Under the pieces are notes generated by a model that did not search any database, was not told the DNA's origin, and was given only the letters and a program-made list of their open reading frames with translations. A DNA stretch of 52,154 bases from Candidatus Woesearchaeota archaeon (GTDB taxonomy: Archaea > Nanobdellota > Nanobdellia > Woesearchaeales > GW2011-AR9): NCBI GenBank assembly GCA_018670095.1, contig JABHRR010000075.1, forward strand, positions 1 through 52,154, in the 5' to 3' direction. Shown piece after piece: positions 9,009-17,852 of this stretch (position 1 is its first letter; the number at the start of each line of letters is the position of its first letter). A program made the position numbers and the translations under genes.

Positions 9009-10681
9009 AAATGTTAGAAAAAATACTTAATTGGAAAAATGTACTTGCAACCGGAGTAATGCTTGTTGGGTTGCCTAGTTGTGGTGGAGAAATAATTAAT
9101 AATTATTATCTTGATGCGGAAACTTATTCAACAGAAGAAATTACTGAACAAGAAGAGAAGGAAATAGAACTGGAATGTGAGAAAAAAGTTCTTTATGAGG
9201 ATAAAGATGGAGATTTGTTTGTTAATTGCAAGAATAAACCAAAGATTGTATGTCAAGGAGAATCACTTCCTGGCTATATTAAACTTTTTGCAGATTGTGA
9301 TTGTGACGACGAAGATCCTGAAGCAAATCCTAGTAAAACAGAATTATGTAATGGTTTAGATGATGATTGCAATGGGATTATTGATGGATCTGATGCAGGA
9401 CAGTCTTGTGAATCACCTTGTGAGCCTCCAGGCGTAAAAGCACTTAGAAATTGTATTGATGGAAAATTAGAAGAGTGTTCATTACAAATGCCTGCTCCCT
9501 ATGAAGTTTTAAATGGCGAGGATGACAATTGTGATGGTTCCTATGATGAAGGCGTTATCCTTTGGCAATTTTTAATTGATAAATGTACCCCAAATTCTAT
9601 TTCTGTTGCTCCTGAAGGAAATGTGTTGGTTCGAAGTGGAAAAGGTTGGCTATTCTCTTTAAACCCAGAAGGAGCAGATAGTGATAGAATTTTATGGGAA
9701 GCAAAAACTTATGGTTTGGGTAAAGACATGAATTTACCTTCCCCAATTGTATCTGGTGATGGAAGTGTTTATGTTGTTGGTGAAGACATTAAATTATTTG
9801 ATTCTTTAGGAAACCAAAAAGGGGAAAATAAAAAAACATATCTCTGTGCAGATGACGGCCCTTTTAGTCCTGAATTAAAAGGGGACATTTACGCTTCTCT
9901 TACTTTAGATAATTCTATTCTAATTGCTATGAGCTTATGGGAAGATGATCCAGTATTTGAAGATTATTGTGGTTATCTTGAGAAAGTTGTTGTTTCTGGA
10001 GATGGATGGTACAAAAACATGGGTTATGGGGTTAGGGGACCATCAATTGGTCAAGATAGCATGATTTATACTAGCAAAGGCACTTATGCTTTTGCCATTA
10101 ATCCAAACAATGGGGAAATAGCATGGCAAGTGAATCTTGGATTAGCTCCAAGCAGTGCTCCAGTTATTGGATTAAATGGTGCAATTTATTTTAAAAGTGG
10201 GAAAAAACTGATTGCTTTGAATTCAATACAAAAAGAAATTGGTTGGGAATTTCTTGCTGGAGGGAACATTGGGGATCCAGTAGTTGATTCTCAAGGAAAC
10301 ATTTATTTCGGTTCTGAGGACGGGAACTTTTATGCTATTAGCCCACAAAAACCAGATGAAACTATTTGGACAATCCCAAAACTGTTTACATTGAGGCCAG
10401 GGGTTATAACTGAAAGTGGATTGATTTATTTAAGTAAAGAGAATGGTCTTTTTGCCTATGATTTAGAAACTGGTGAGAAGCAATTTAAATTAACTGAAGG
10501 GAAAAATAATGAAACCTTAAATCCTCTTGCTTTAACAGTTGGTCCAGAAGGCAATATTTATTTTTGTAATCAAGATAATAATAGTGTTTATGCGGTAAAG
10601 GGGGAATCTCCTTTAGATAAAAACGCAGCTTGGCCGACTTGGCAACATGATTCACAACATACTGGGAATTTTAATAAATAA
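9005..10681 (+). CDS. Lipoprotein with Cys-rich repeat and PQQ/BamB-like beta-propeller
   Basis: ATGA overlap with the upstream gene. VGLPSCGG. DCDDEDPEANPSKTELCNGLDDDCNG. Repeated G.IY..S.DG..YA blades. Confidence 0.8.
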   Translation: MKMLEKILNWKNVLATGVMLVGLPSCGGEIINNYYLDAETYSTEEITEQEEKEIELECEKKVLYEDKDGDLFVNCKNKPKIVCQGESLPGYIKLFADCDCDDEDPEANPSKTELCNGLDDDCNGIIDGSDAGQSCESPCEPPGVKALRNCIDGKLEECSLQMPAPYEVLNGEDDNCDGSYDEGVILWQFLIDKCTPNSISVAPEGNVLVRSGKGWLFSLNPEGADSDRILWEAKTYGLGKDMNLPSPIVSGDGSVYVVGEDIKLFDSLGNQKGENKKTYLCADDGPFSPELKGDIYASLTLDNSILIAMSLWEDDPVFEDYCGYLEKVVVSGDGWYKNMGYGVRGPSIGQDSMIYTSKGTYAFAINPNNGEIAWQVNLGLAPSSAPVIGLNGAIYFKSGKKLIALNSIQKEIGWEFLAGGNIGDPVVDSQGNIYFGSEDGNFYAISPQKPDETIWTIPKLFTLRPGVITESGLIYLSKENGLFAYDLETGEKQFKLTEGKNNETLNPLALTVGPEGNIYFCNQDNNSVYAVKGESPLDKNAAWPTWQHDSQHTGNFNK

Positions 10682-10726
10682 TAAATTCCCGTTAATTATT
10701 TAAAAAAACAAACCATCTTAATAAAA

Positions 10727-11989
10727 ATGAGAAAAACTCTTACTACTTTATTATTTGCAGCTTGTGCAGCTTTGCCGTCATGCGATCTAGATAATAATTC
10801 TCCTCAAAATTATGATGAGAAAATAGCTCAGTTAGAACAACGTGTTGAATATTTAGAAAATCAAACTCCTTTAGTTGGTGAGCAAGGTCCTATTGGTTTA
10901 CAAGGAATACCTGGTTCTAAAGGAGATACTGGTTTGCAAGGAGAAACTGGCCCTCAAGGAACACCTGGTTCAGAAGGAGAACAAGGAATTCAGGGATACA
11001 AAGGTGATACTGGTTTACAAGGAGTTCCTGGGGAAAAAGGAGAAACTGGATTAACTGGTCCGCAAGGTCCAATGGGACTTATGGGTTTACAAGGGATTAA
11101 AGGGGATACAGGATTACAAGGATTTCAGGGAATTCAAGGACTTAAAGGTGATGTTGGTTCTCAAGGAATACCTGGTGAAAAAGGAGAACAAGGTATTCAG
11201 GGATACAAAGGTGATACTGGTTTGCAAGGAGAAGTAGGTCCGAAAGGTATTGCTGGAGAGATTGGTCCGAAAGGTGAACAGGGTTATCAAGGAATCCAAG
11301 GTCTAAAAGGAGATGCTGGATTACAAGGTCCTAAAGGAGAACAGGGATTAGAAGGTTTGATGGGCATTATGGGTCCACAAGGAATCCAGGGAGAAACTGG
11401 TATTCAAGGTCCACAGGGAGAACAAGGAATCCAAGGTTTAACTGGATTGACTGGACTAAAAGGAAACGCCGGACCTCAAGGGATCCAAGGAGAAATGGGA
11501 CCAACCGGACCATCACTAAAAATTTATGATTCTACAGGAGAACATATTGGATATATTCTTGGATGGAAAGATAGACTTGCAGGAAGTCCACTTACACCTG
11601 CTTTAGCTACCGTGTTTGATACAAATATTGACAGAATATATTACTTGGATATGTTATCTGGGAAACCAACTCTTGGTGTAAATGATGCGTGGACAGGTTT
11701 TTGGACGCAAATGCTTTATTATGTCTCTGATGATTGCACTGGTTCACCATTAATGGCAATAAATAATATTTATGATGTTTTTGCATTTGGACCTGATAGT
11801 AGTACTTTATTTACAATTAAACAAGATGCACAAATAGCAGACACTGTTGTTGGAAGTTATTTCTTAAAGAGTGGGGAACCAGGTATTTGTACACCATATG
11901 GTCCTAATGAGGTTTTAACAAATGCTGCTGAAATTGAACAAATCGTTTTACCAGAATACGTTGGTCCTTTACTTATTGTAGAAGAATAA
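10727..11989 (+). CDS. Collagen-like triple-helix repeat lipoprotein
   Basis: Lipobox AALPSCD, heptad coil EKIAQLEQRVEYLEN, 71 uninterrupted G-X-Y triplets, then a non-repetitive C-terminal domain of about 157 aa. Confidence 0.85.
   Translation: MRKTLTTLLFAACAALPSCDLDNNSPQNYDEKIAQLEQRVEYLENQTPLVGEQGPIGLQGIPGSKGDTGLQGETGPQGTPGSEGEQGIQGYKGDTGLQGVPGEKGETGLTGPQGPMGLMGLQGIKGDTGLQGFQGIQGLKGDVGSQGIPGEKGEQGIQGYKGDTGLQGEVGPKGIAGEIGPKGEQGYQGIQGLKGDAGLQGPKGEQGLEGLMGIMGPQGIQGETGIQGPQGEQGIQGLTGLTGLKGNAGPQGIQGEMGPTGPSLKIYDSTGEHIGYILGWKDRLAGSPLTPALATVFDTNIDRIYYLDMLSGKPTLGVNDAWTGFWTQMLYYVSDDCTGSPLMAINNIYDVFAFGPDSSTLFTIKQDAQIADTVVGSYFLKSGEPGICTPYGPNEVLTNAAEIEQIVLPEYVGPLLIVEE
10877..11515 (+). repeat. Coding G-X-Y triplet repeat (71 units), with about 48-nt near-identical internal DNA repeats
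   Basis: GEQGPIGLQG...GEMGPTGPS. The block GEQGIQGYKGDTGLQG occurs twice (about 10976 and about 11183) with near-identical DNA. Confidence 0.9.
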
Positions 11990-13558
11990 CCTAATTTTAT
12001 ATTTATTATTGTATCTTTTGACTTTGATAATTTTTTCTTTTCTTTTTTTATTACCAACTTTGATGGATATCTCTTTTCTTGGAATTTTGTCAAAAGTAAC
12101 TAATCCTTTATTGTTGGTTTTCAATTCCACCAACAATTTAGAATGATCATATAATGATACTTTGGTGTCTTTTTTCGGTTTATTGAAAAAATTAATTACT
12201 TCCACTTCTATTTTAGCTAATTCTAAAAAATTAGAATATTTCTCCTCTAAACCAAACATATTAAATTTTTTTTTAACATCTACTAAAAATTTTTCAATAG
12301 TTTTTGTTATTTTATCCTCTTGTTCTTGATTCTGTTTAATTAAATTAATCATGATATCAAGTAAATAATCAAATATTTCTTTTTGATTATTTTTTTTATC
12401 TTTTTCTTGGTATAATTTTATTAGGTCTACATGTCTACTTGGTTCCATTATTTCTTTGTTAATTTTCTTTAAACTTTCATACCATCCCCGGATATATCCC
12501 TTAATCATTGTATTCTCTTCTCTAATATTCATTATTTCTTCTTTTATTATTTTAGTTTTAGAAATTTGTTTTTTCTGGGAATCAGTGAAGAATGTAGTTG
12601 TTTTTTCTTTCCAAACTATTTTAATTTTATCTGATTTTTCTTTAATTTCGTCAAAATATAATGGGTTCTCGTGAAGTGAATTAATTATTGATTTAGAAAT
12701 TTCAGAAATAATCTCTTCAGTCAATTTATTTAAATTTTTATTCTTATCAAACTTAAGAAATTTAGAACTTATCTCTTCATTATTAACTTTAATGTGATGA
12801 GGTGTTTTAAGAATACTAATGGTATCTATTGTTAAATCTTTAATCAGTCGAAAATCTTCTATTTTGTTTATCTCTTTTTGTTTTTCTTTGTTAATTAGAT
12901 TTATATATTTTAATTCAGAAATTTCTTTAGTAAACTGATTTAATTCTTTTTTTATTTCGTTGATCTCATCCATATTGTTCCACATTGTTGTGATAAAATA
13001 ATCTGTAATCAAGATAATTATCTTATTAAATTCTTTTTCTAGTTCAGAAACAGTTTCAGTTTCAGGGTTAATTCTAAATTCATTAACATTTTTATTTTCA
13101 TCAAAATAATTTAAATAATCAATTGCTTTATTAATCAATGGAATTATTTGTTTACTACTTTTAAATTTTTCAAATTCATGAATTAAAATTTTATTTTCAA
13201 GTAAAGAATCAGCATTTTTACAATAATTTTCAATCTTATTAAGAATATCTTTTCTAGCACCATATTCAAAGTAACAATAAGTTGAAATTTCAAAGACATA
13301 AAGAAGTTCATTAATTACTTCTTTCATTGTCATTCCCCTTTCAAAACGATTTCTAATTCCTTGTATTCCAAAAGAAACCCTAGGGATAAATTCTGAACCT
13401 TCAATATTAATCTCTGCAAAGTCTCTCCAGTGCTTACAAATACCTAAAACCCATTCGTGAACAAGAATTTTCTTTCTGTTATCACTAATTACAGAATCTA
13501 CTAAGTCGTGTAAATGAGAAATCACTAGTTTTTTAATTTCATTGTAATTTTCTGCCAC
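11969..13558 (-). CDS. Hypothetical Lys/Ile/Asn/Glu-rich coiled-coil protein
   Basis: The only long ORF here. GTG start at 13558. 3' end overlaps the collagen-like gene by 21 nt. No motif recognised. Confidence 0.6.
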   Translation of the reverse strand: MAENYNEIKKLVISHLHDLVDSVISDNRKKILVHEWVLGICKHWRDFAEINIEGSEFIPRVSFGIQGIRNRFERGMTMKEVINELLYVFEISTYCYFEYGARKDILNKIENYCKNADSLLENKILIHEFEKFKSSKQIIPLINKAIDYLNYFDENKNVNEFRINPETETVSELEKEFNKIIILITDYFITTMWNNMDEINEIKKELNQFTKEISELKYINLINKEKQKEINKIEDFRLIKDLTIDTISILKTPHHIKVNNEEISSKFLKFDKNKNLNKLTEEIISEISKSIINSLHENPLYFDEIKEKSDKIKIVWKEKTTTFFTDSQKKQISKTKIIKEEIMNIREENTMIKGYIRGWYESLKKINKEIMEPSRHVDLIKLYQEKDKKNNQKEIFDYLLDIMINLIKQNQEQEDKITKTIEKFLVDVKKKFNMFGLEEKYSNFLELAKIEVEVINFFNKPKKDTKVSLYDHSKLLVELKTNNKGLVTFDKIPRKEISIKVGNKKRKEKIIKVKRYNNKYKIRLFFYNK

Positions 13559-13636
13559 TTCTTTTAATAATTGTGCTCTTTTTATTAATATTTCTAAAAA
13601 ACACCGAAAAGTTTATATATAATCTCTTGTAACACC

Positions 13637-13813
13637 ATGTTACAAATGGTAAAGATACTAATTAACTTGTCAGAACAGGAAGATAAGATTGTGGAAATTT
13701 ATAAATTAGTCCACAACTTGAACACGAAACAGGAAGCAGTTAAACAAATGGTGAAGTTCTTTGAAGCAGAGGTCATACCAACTAAACTAAAAAATAAGGA
13801 GTATTTCAAATAA
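13637..13813 (+). CDS. Small ribbon-helix-helix/DUF2683-like protein (58 aa, below ORF-track cutoff)
   Basis: MLQMVKILINLSEQEDKIVEIYKLVHNLNTKQEAVKQMV... shows a strand plus two-helix pattern. House promoter aaaagtttatatataa upstream. Confidence 0.45.
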   Translation: MLQMVKILINLSEQEDKIVEIYKLVHNLNTKQEAVKQMVKFFEAEVIPTKLKNKEYFK

Positions 13814-13814
13814 A

Positions 13815-14747
13815 ATGGCGGGTTCTAGATGTAAGGAATGTAATCGATTCATTAAAGCAAAATATGCTTATGGTACTGGTTTATGTTATAGGTGTTATAA
13901 ACAAAGTGGGGGAAATACAATGATTAAAAAAGTTAATACAGGATTTAGAAAAGTAGTACATACACCAAGAACTGTAAGAGAAAATCCATCTATGCAAGGG
14001 AAATTATCTGGTAGAGATAACGCCATATTCTTAAAAAATAGGTATCAACAAGAACTAGATGCTACTTGGACTGCAATTATTAATATGGTTCATTGGTTAG
14101 AAAGAAGAAATAGTGAACTAAAAAAACAATATTCAAAAGTTCCTAAATTAAAGAAAGATATTGAAGCACACGAAGAAGAACGTGCGAAAGCTTATACTAA
14201 TTTAGGGAACGTTCTAAAGAAAGAAACAGATTTTGAAGAAAAGATGTGGGATAAGACACTGAAGGGAAGGAAGGTAAAGTCAATCACAGTAAAGCAAAAG
14301 TTTAAAGATTCTGATATTGATGAAATGCGATACGATTCAATGATGGATTATCTTAAAAGTTATCCAGAATATGCTTCAAAATCTACTTTCAAAAGAGTTC
14401 TTGATAAAATTGATAAAGTTGAATCTGAAATTAGGGATATTAAGAAAAAGTATAATGAAGCAGTCTCTGAGTATAATGCTAATTTGTATGAGTTTGAAAT
14501 TACTATCAAGAAAGTGGATGATAAGTTTGGTGCTTATGACCATTTGAAGAAAGAAGCTGAAGAAAAATTATATAGGACTCGTTATAATAAAGGTTTTCTT
14601 AGCAAACTGAGGTCAGAACAAAAGAAAGCAGAGGCTAATATTGATATAATTAGTCATCGAACAGAACAGTTTAGAAATACATTAAACATTATTAAAAGTG
14701 AACATTCTGGAACTCAAAGAACTCAGTTTAAAGAGGTTGAGTATTAA
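13815..14747 (+). CDS. Zinc-ribbon plus coiled-coil protein
   Basis: CKEC...CYRC at the N-terminus, then a long charged helical region. TAAAATG junction with the previous ORF. Confidence 0.6.
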   Translation: MAGSRCKECNRFIKAKYAYGTGLCYRCYKQSGGNTMIKKVNTGFRKVVHTPRTVRENPSMQGKLSGRDNAIFLKNRYQQELDATWTAIINMVHWLERRNSELKKQYSKVPKLKKDIEAHEEERAKAYTNLGNVLKKETDFEEKMWDKTLKGRKVKSITVKQKFKDSDIDEMRYDSMMDYLKSYPEYASKSTFKRVLDKIDKVESEIRDIKKKYNEAVSEYNANLYEFEITIKKVDDKFGAYDHLKKEAEEKLYRTRYNKGFLSKLRSEQKKAEANIDIISHRTEQFRNTLNIIKSEHSGTQRTQFKEVEY

Positions 14748-14748
14748 A

Positions 14749-15708
14749 ATGGTAAGAAGAATAATTCATTCAACCCAATCTCAAGAATATGGTAATCGAT
14801 ACAGCATGTACAAAGTTTTATCTTGGGTAACAATTATGTTTATTTTGTGGTATTCATTAAGTAAAATTAGTTTATTTAAAGAACATGCTGGATGGTTTGC
14901 TTTAGGTTTTTTAGTTTTACTGTTTGTTTCTGATTTATCTTCTAACGATAAATTAAAAGCCTATTCAAAATTAGTTCTTTCAATTCCATTATTTTATGTT
15001 GGTTATAAAATTTTGGCTTTTGCTCTTGAAGGTTATTCTAAAATCGATAGTGACTTTGGTATATTTGTCTCAATATTTGGTTTTATTATAATAGGATTTG
15101 CTATATTTTATGTTAAGAAAAATAAATGGGTACTAGGAGAAAAATTTGGTTTTAGATTCAATTTTAGAAGGTTAGGGTCCAAAAAAAGAATAATAGTAAT
15201 CACTTTGGCAATTATTGGAGTGGTTTTATTATGGAACTTCTTTACAGCTGAAGATTCAGATTCATTTGATAGTTTTGATTCTTTTTTTGATAGTGAAACA
15301 ACTTTACCAGAACTAAAAAATCCTGAAATCATACAAACACCTGAAATTGTTTGTAATAAACCATACATTCGTTTTGAAACTAATTGTTGCTTGGATATGA
15401 ATGATAATAAAATTTGTGATGATGATGAGCTAGTTATAACGGAAATTGATAAACCACAACCAATTGTAGAACCTTTAATTGTTGAAGGTTCAAAGACAGA
15501 AGTAATTATCACAAATAATCAAAAGAAACCAGTAAAATTAAGTGTAACTTATTTAATATCTTCAAAATGGTTTGGTAAGAATTCTCAAGAAACAAATATT
15601 TTTGATGTGGATGCTAATTCCAAACAATCATTTTTAGTTTATGATAATACTGGATGTAGAAATCATCCTTGTTCTGTGGGGATTATTAGTTTTACAGAAA
15701 TTAATTAA
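14749..15708 (+). CDS. Multi-pass membrane protein with Cys-containing C-terminal domain
   Basis: ATG 14749 at a TAAAATG junction. 4-5 hydrophobic helices and a DSDSFDSFDSFFDSE linker. Confidence 0.6.
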   Translation: MVRRIIHSTQSQEYGNRYSMYKVLSWVTIMFILWYSLSKISLFKEHAGWFALGFLVLLFVSDLSSNDKLKAYSKLVLSIPLFYVGYKILAFALEGYSKIDSDFGIFVSIFGFIIIGFAIFYVKKNKWVLGEKFGFRFNFRRLGSKKRIIVITLAIIGVVLLWNFFTAEDSDSFDSFDSFFDSETTLPELKNPEIIQTPEIVCNKPYIRFETNCCLDMNDNKICDDDELVITEIDKPQPIVEPLIVEGSKTEVIITNNQKKPVKLSVTYLISSKWFGKNSQETNIFDVDANSKQSFLVYDNTGCRNHPCSVGIISFTEIN

Positions 15709-15709
15709 A

Positions 15710-15934
15710 ATGAAAAAACTAATTATACTTACTTTATTGATTGGAATAATATTTCTAATTGGTTGTAATACTGATTCTTTAATAGAAGAATGTGTAGATT
15801 CTTGTAACTGTGGTTCTGATTCAGGTTCTAGTTACCAACAAGAATGTGAAGAAAAATGTTATGATATTAGCGATGAGAAAGCTCTAAAAATTAGCATTCA
15901 GATTAATAAACAACTTTGTATGCCTCTAGGATAA
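15710..15934 (+). CDS. Small Cys-rich lipoprotein
   Basis: TAAAATG junction. Signal MKKLIILTLLIGIIFLIGC. 74 aa. Confidence 0.5.
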   Translation: MKKLIILTLLIGIIFLIGCNTDSLIEECVDSCNCGSDSGSSYQQECEEKCYDISDEKALKISIQINKQLCMPLG

Positions 15935-15960
15935 AACACAACAACCCCCACTCCCAACCA
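15934..15960 (+). repeat. Partial copy (C-rich half) of the post-stop-codon element
   Basis: aaaacacaacaacccccactcccaacca starts at the stop codon. It matches the 5' halves of the elements at 17727 and 18696. Confidence 0.5.
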
Positions 15961-16023
15961 TTCTCAAACAACCATTATATCAAAATAACAAAACTTATAT
16001 ACCTCCATCTGAGTTTTATCCCT

Positions 16024-17724
16024 ATGAAATTATTATTAAAAAAACATTTTGGTTATGATAAGTTTAGACCGATGCAATTAGATGTTATTAATCGTGTTCT
16101 TCAGAAGAAAGATTCATTGGTCCTCATGCCCACTGGTGGAGGGAAATCATTATGTTATCAAATACCTGCTCTTCAACTTGAAGGACTTACTATTGTCATT
16201 TCACCTTTAATTTCTTTAATGAAAGATCAAGTTGATGGCTTAAAAGCAAATGGCATTAAAGCTGAATTTATTAATTCTACTCTCTCTAGAAATGAAATTG
16301 AAAATATTAAAGAAAGAATTAAACATAATGAAGTTAAAATCCTTTATGTTGCTCCTGAAAGATTAGCGGTAGAAGATTTTAAAATATTTTTATTAAAACT
16401 TAACATCAGTTTAATCGCAATTGATGAAGCGCATTGTATTTCTGAATGGGGACATGATTTTCGTAAAGATTATCGAGATTTAATATTTTTAAAAACTATG
16501 TTCCCTAAAACGCCTATTATGGCTTTAACAGCAACTGCGACAATAAAAGTCAGAGAAGATATTCTAAAACAATTAGCATTAGTAAACCCGCAAACGTTTA
16601 TTTCAAGTTTTAATAGAGAAAATCTAAATTTAATTGTTACTGAGAAAAAGAAGACCTTTAACAAAATCTTAAATTTAATTAAAAAGCATAATGGAGAACC
16701 TACCATCATTTATTGTTTCTCTCGTAAAGATACAATGAAAGTTGCTCAACAGTTAAGGGAAAGTGGATTTAAAGCGTTACCATATCATGCCGGCCTTTCT
16801 AGCGATTTAAGAAAAAAGAATCAAGATTTATTTATTAAAGATGAAGTGAATATAATTGTGGCTACAATTGCTTTTGGGATGGGGATAGATAAACCTGACG
16901 TTCGATTGGTAATTCATCATACCTTCTCAAAATCAATTGAAGGATATTATCAAGAGATTGGTAGAGCAGGACGTGATGGACTTTCCAGTGATTGTGTCTT
17001 ATTTTATTCAAAAGGTGATATTATAAAACATAAATTTTTTCTTAAAAATATTTATGATCCTTTAATGAAAAGTACGGCATTAAACAAATTAAATAGAATG
17101 ATGAGTTTTTGTGAGAATTCATCCTGTAGAAGAAAGAGTATCTTAGAATATTTAGGAGAATCATTTTCAGAACAAAATTGTAATGGGTGTGATGTATGTA
17201 AAGATAGCATCAAGATCACAGAACCTACTTCTCGTATAAAATCATTTAATGAAAAGGTAAGACCAATCTCAAATCATGATAATGGTTTATTTGAAAAGCT
17301 AAGAGCTTTAAGATTAAAAATTGCAAGAGGAAAAAATTGCCCTCCTTATATTGTATTTGGAGATGTTTCTTTGCGAGAGATGGTTTCATACTTGCCAAAA
17401 AATAATGAAGAATTTTTAAGAATTAAGGGTGTTGGCCATAATAAATTAAGTGATTATGGAGAATCATTCTTAGAAGTAATTAATGATCATGTTAGTATTG
17501 CTCCTATAAAAAATGATCTAGACAGAAAGAAAATAAATTATCATCAAAGGTTAAAACAAATACAAGAAACATCTCCAAATGCTTATGCTAACTGGAATGA
17601 AGATGAAGATGATAAATTAAGAAGGTTATCAAAACTATCTGTTTCAGTTGATGAAATTGCTCTAATTTTAAAGCGGCAACCGAGTGCCATCCAGTCTAGA
17701 TTAAAAAAGTTTGAATTGATTTAA
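16024..17724 (+). CDS. recQ: ATP-dependent DNA helicase RecQ with HRDC and an extra Myb/SANT-like C-terminal helix-turn-helix
   Basis: MPTGGGKSLCYQIPA, DEAH box IDEAHCISEWGHDFR, RecQ-Ct Cys cluster and an HRDC-like region. Tail WNEDEDDKLRRLSKLSVSVDEIALILKRQPSAIQSRLKKF. ATG 16024 preferred over the TTG at 15916. Confidence 0.9.
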   Translation: MKLLLKKHFGYDKFRPMQLDVINRVLQKKDSLVLMPTGGGKSLCYQIPALQLEGLTIVISPLISLMKDQVDGLKANGIKAEFINSTLSRNEIENIKERIKHNEVKILYVAPERLAVEDFKIFLLKLNISLIAIDEAHCISEWGHDFRKDYRDLIFLKTMFPKTPIMALTATATIKVREDILKQLALVNPQTFISSFNRENLNLIVTEKKKTFNKILNLIKKHNGEPTIIYCFSRKDTMKVAQQLRESGFKALPYHAGLSSDLRKKNQDLFIKDEVNIIVATIAFGMGIDKPDVRLVIHHTFSKSIEGYYQEIGRAGRDGLSSDCVLFYSKGDIIKHKFFLKNIYDPLMKSTALNKLNRMMSFCENSSCRRKSILEYLGESFSEQNCNGCDVCKDSIKITEPTSRIKSFNEKVRPISNHDNGLFEKLRALRLKIARGKNCPPYIVFGDVSLREMVSYLPKNNEEFLRIKGVGHNKLSDYGESFLEVINDHVSIAPIKNDLDRKKINYHQRLKQIQETSPNAYANWNEDEDDKLRRLSKLSVSVDEIALILKRQPSAIQSRLKKFELI

Positions 17725-17726
17725 TA

Positions 17727-17778
17727 AACACAAACAACCCCATCCCTACCCACTCGCTCCAATTGTTTCTAAGAATCT
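17727..17778 (+). repeat. Post-stop-codon conserved element, full copy A
   Basis: aaacacaaacaaccccatccctacccactcgctccaattgtttctaagaatct begins 3 nt after the recQ stop. Confidence 0.75.
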
Positions 17779-17797
17779 AAACTGATATGACCCACTA

Positions 17798-17829
17798 CCC
17801 ACTGGTCAACCCCGGACAAAATATATAAA
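17798..17829 (+). promoter_or_regulatory. Copy 2 of the conserved 32-nt promoter/operator module
   Basis: cccACTGGTCAacccCGGACAAAaTATATAAA. It ends 23 nt before ATG 17853. Confidence 0.7.
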
Positions 17830-17852
17830 CCCCCTTACATTTTAAGTAATTG

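Noticed and set aside
10877-11515. Strong 9-nt periodic DNA repetition that could be mistaken for a CRISPR-like or satellite array.
   Set aside because: It is entirely in frame within a long ORF and encodes G-X-Y triplets, so it is a coding repeat. No CRISPR array was seen anywhere in the window.
15916-16023. N-terminal extensions in the ORF track: recQ from 15916, adk from 24339, Bro-N from 17850, psmB from 34634, argS from 51884.
   Set aside because: Four of the track starts are TTG or GTG codons; the argS track start (51884) could not be checked but adds 22 low-complexity residues. The extensions are low-complexity or overlap the upstream gene. Downstream ATGs have proper SD, TATA or junction context and give canonical N-termini.
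17731-17760. A G-quadruplex on the complement of the C-rich halves of the post-stop elements.
   Set aside because: Only two or three G-runs occur per copy, and four are needed.
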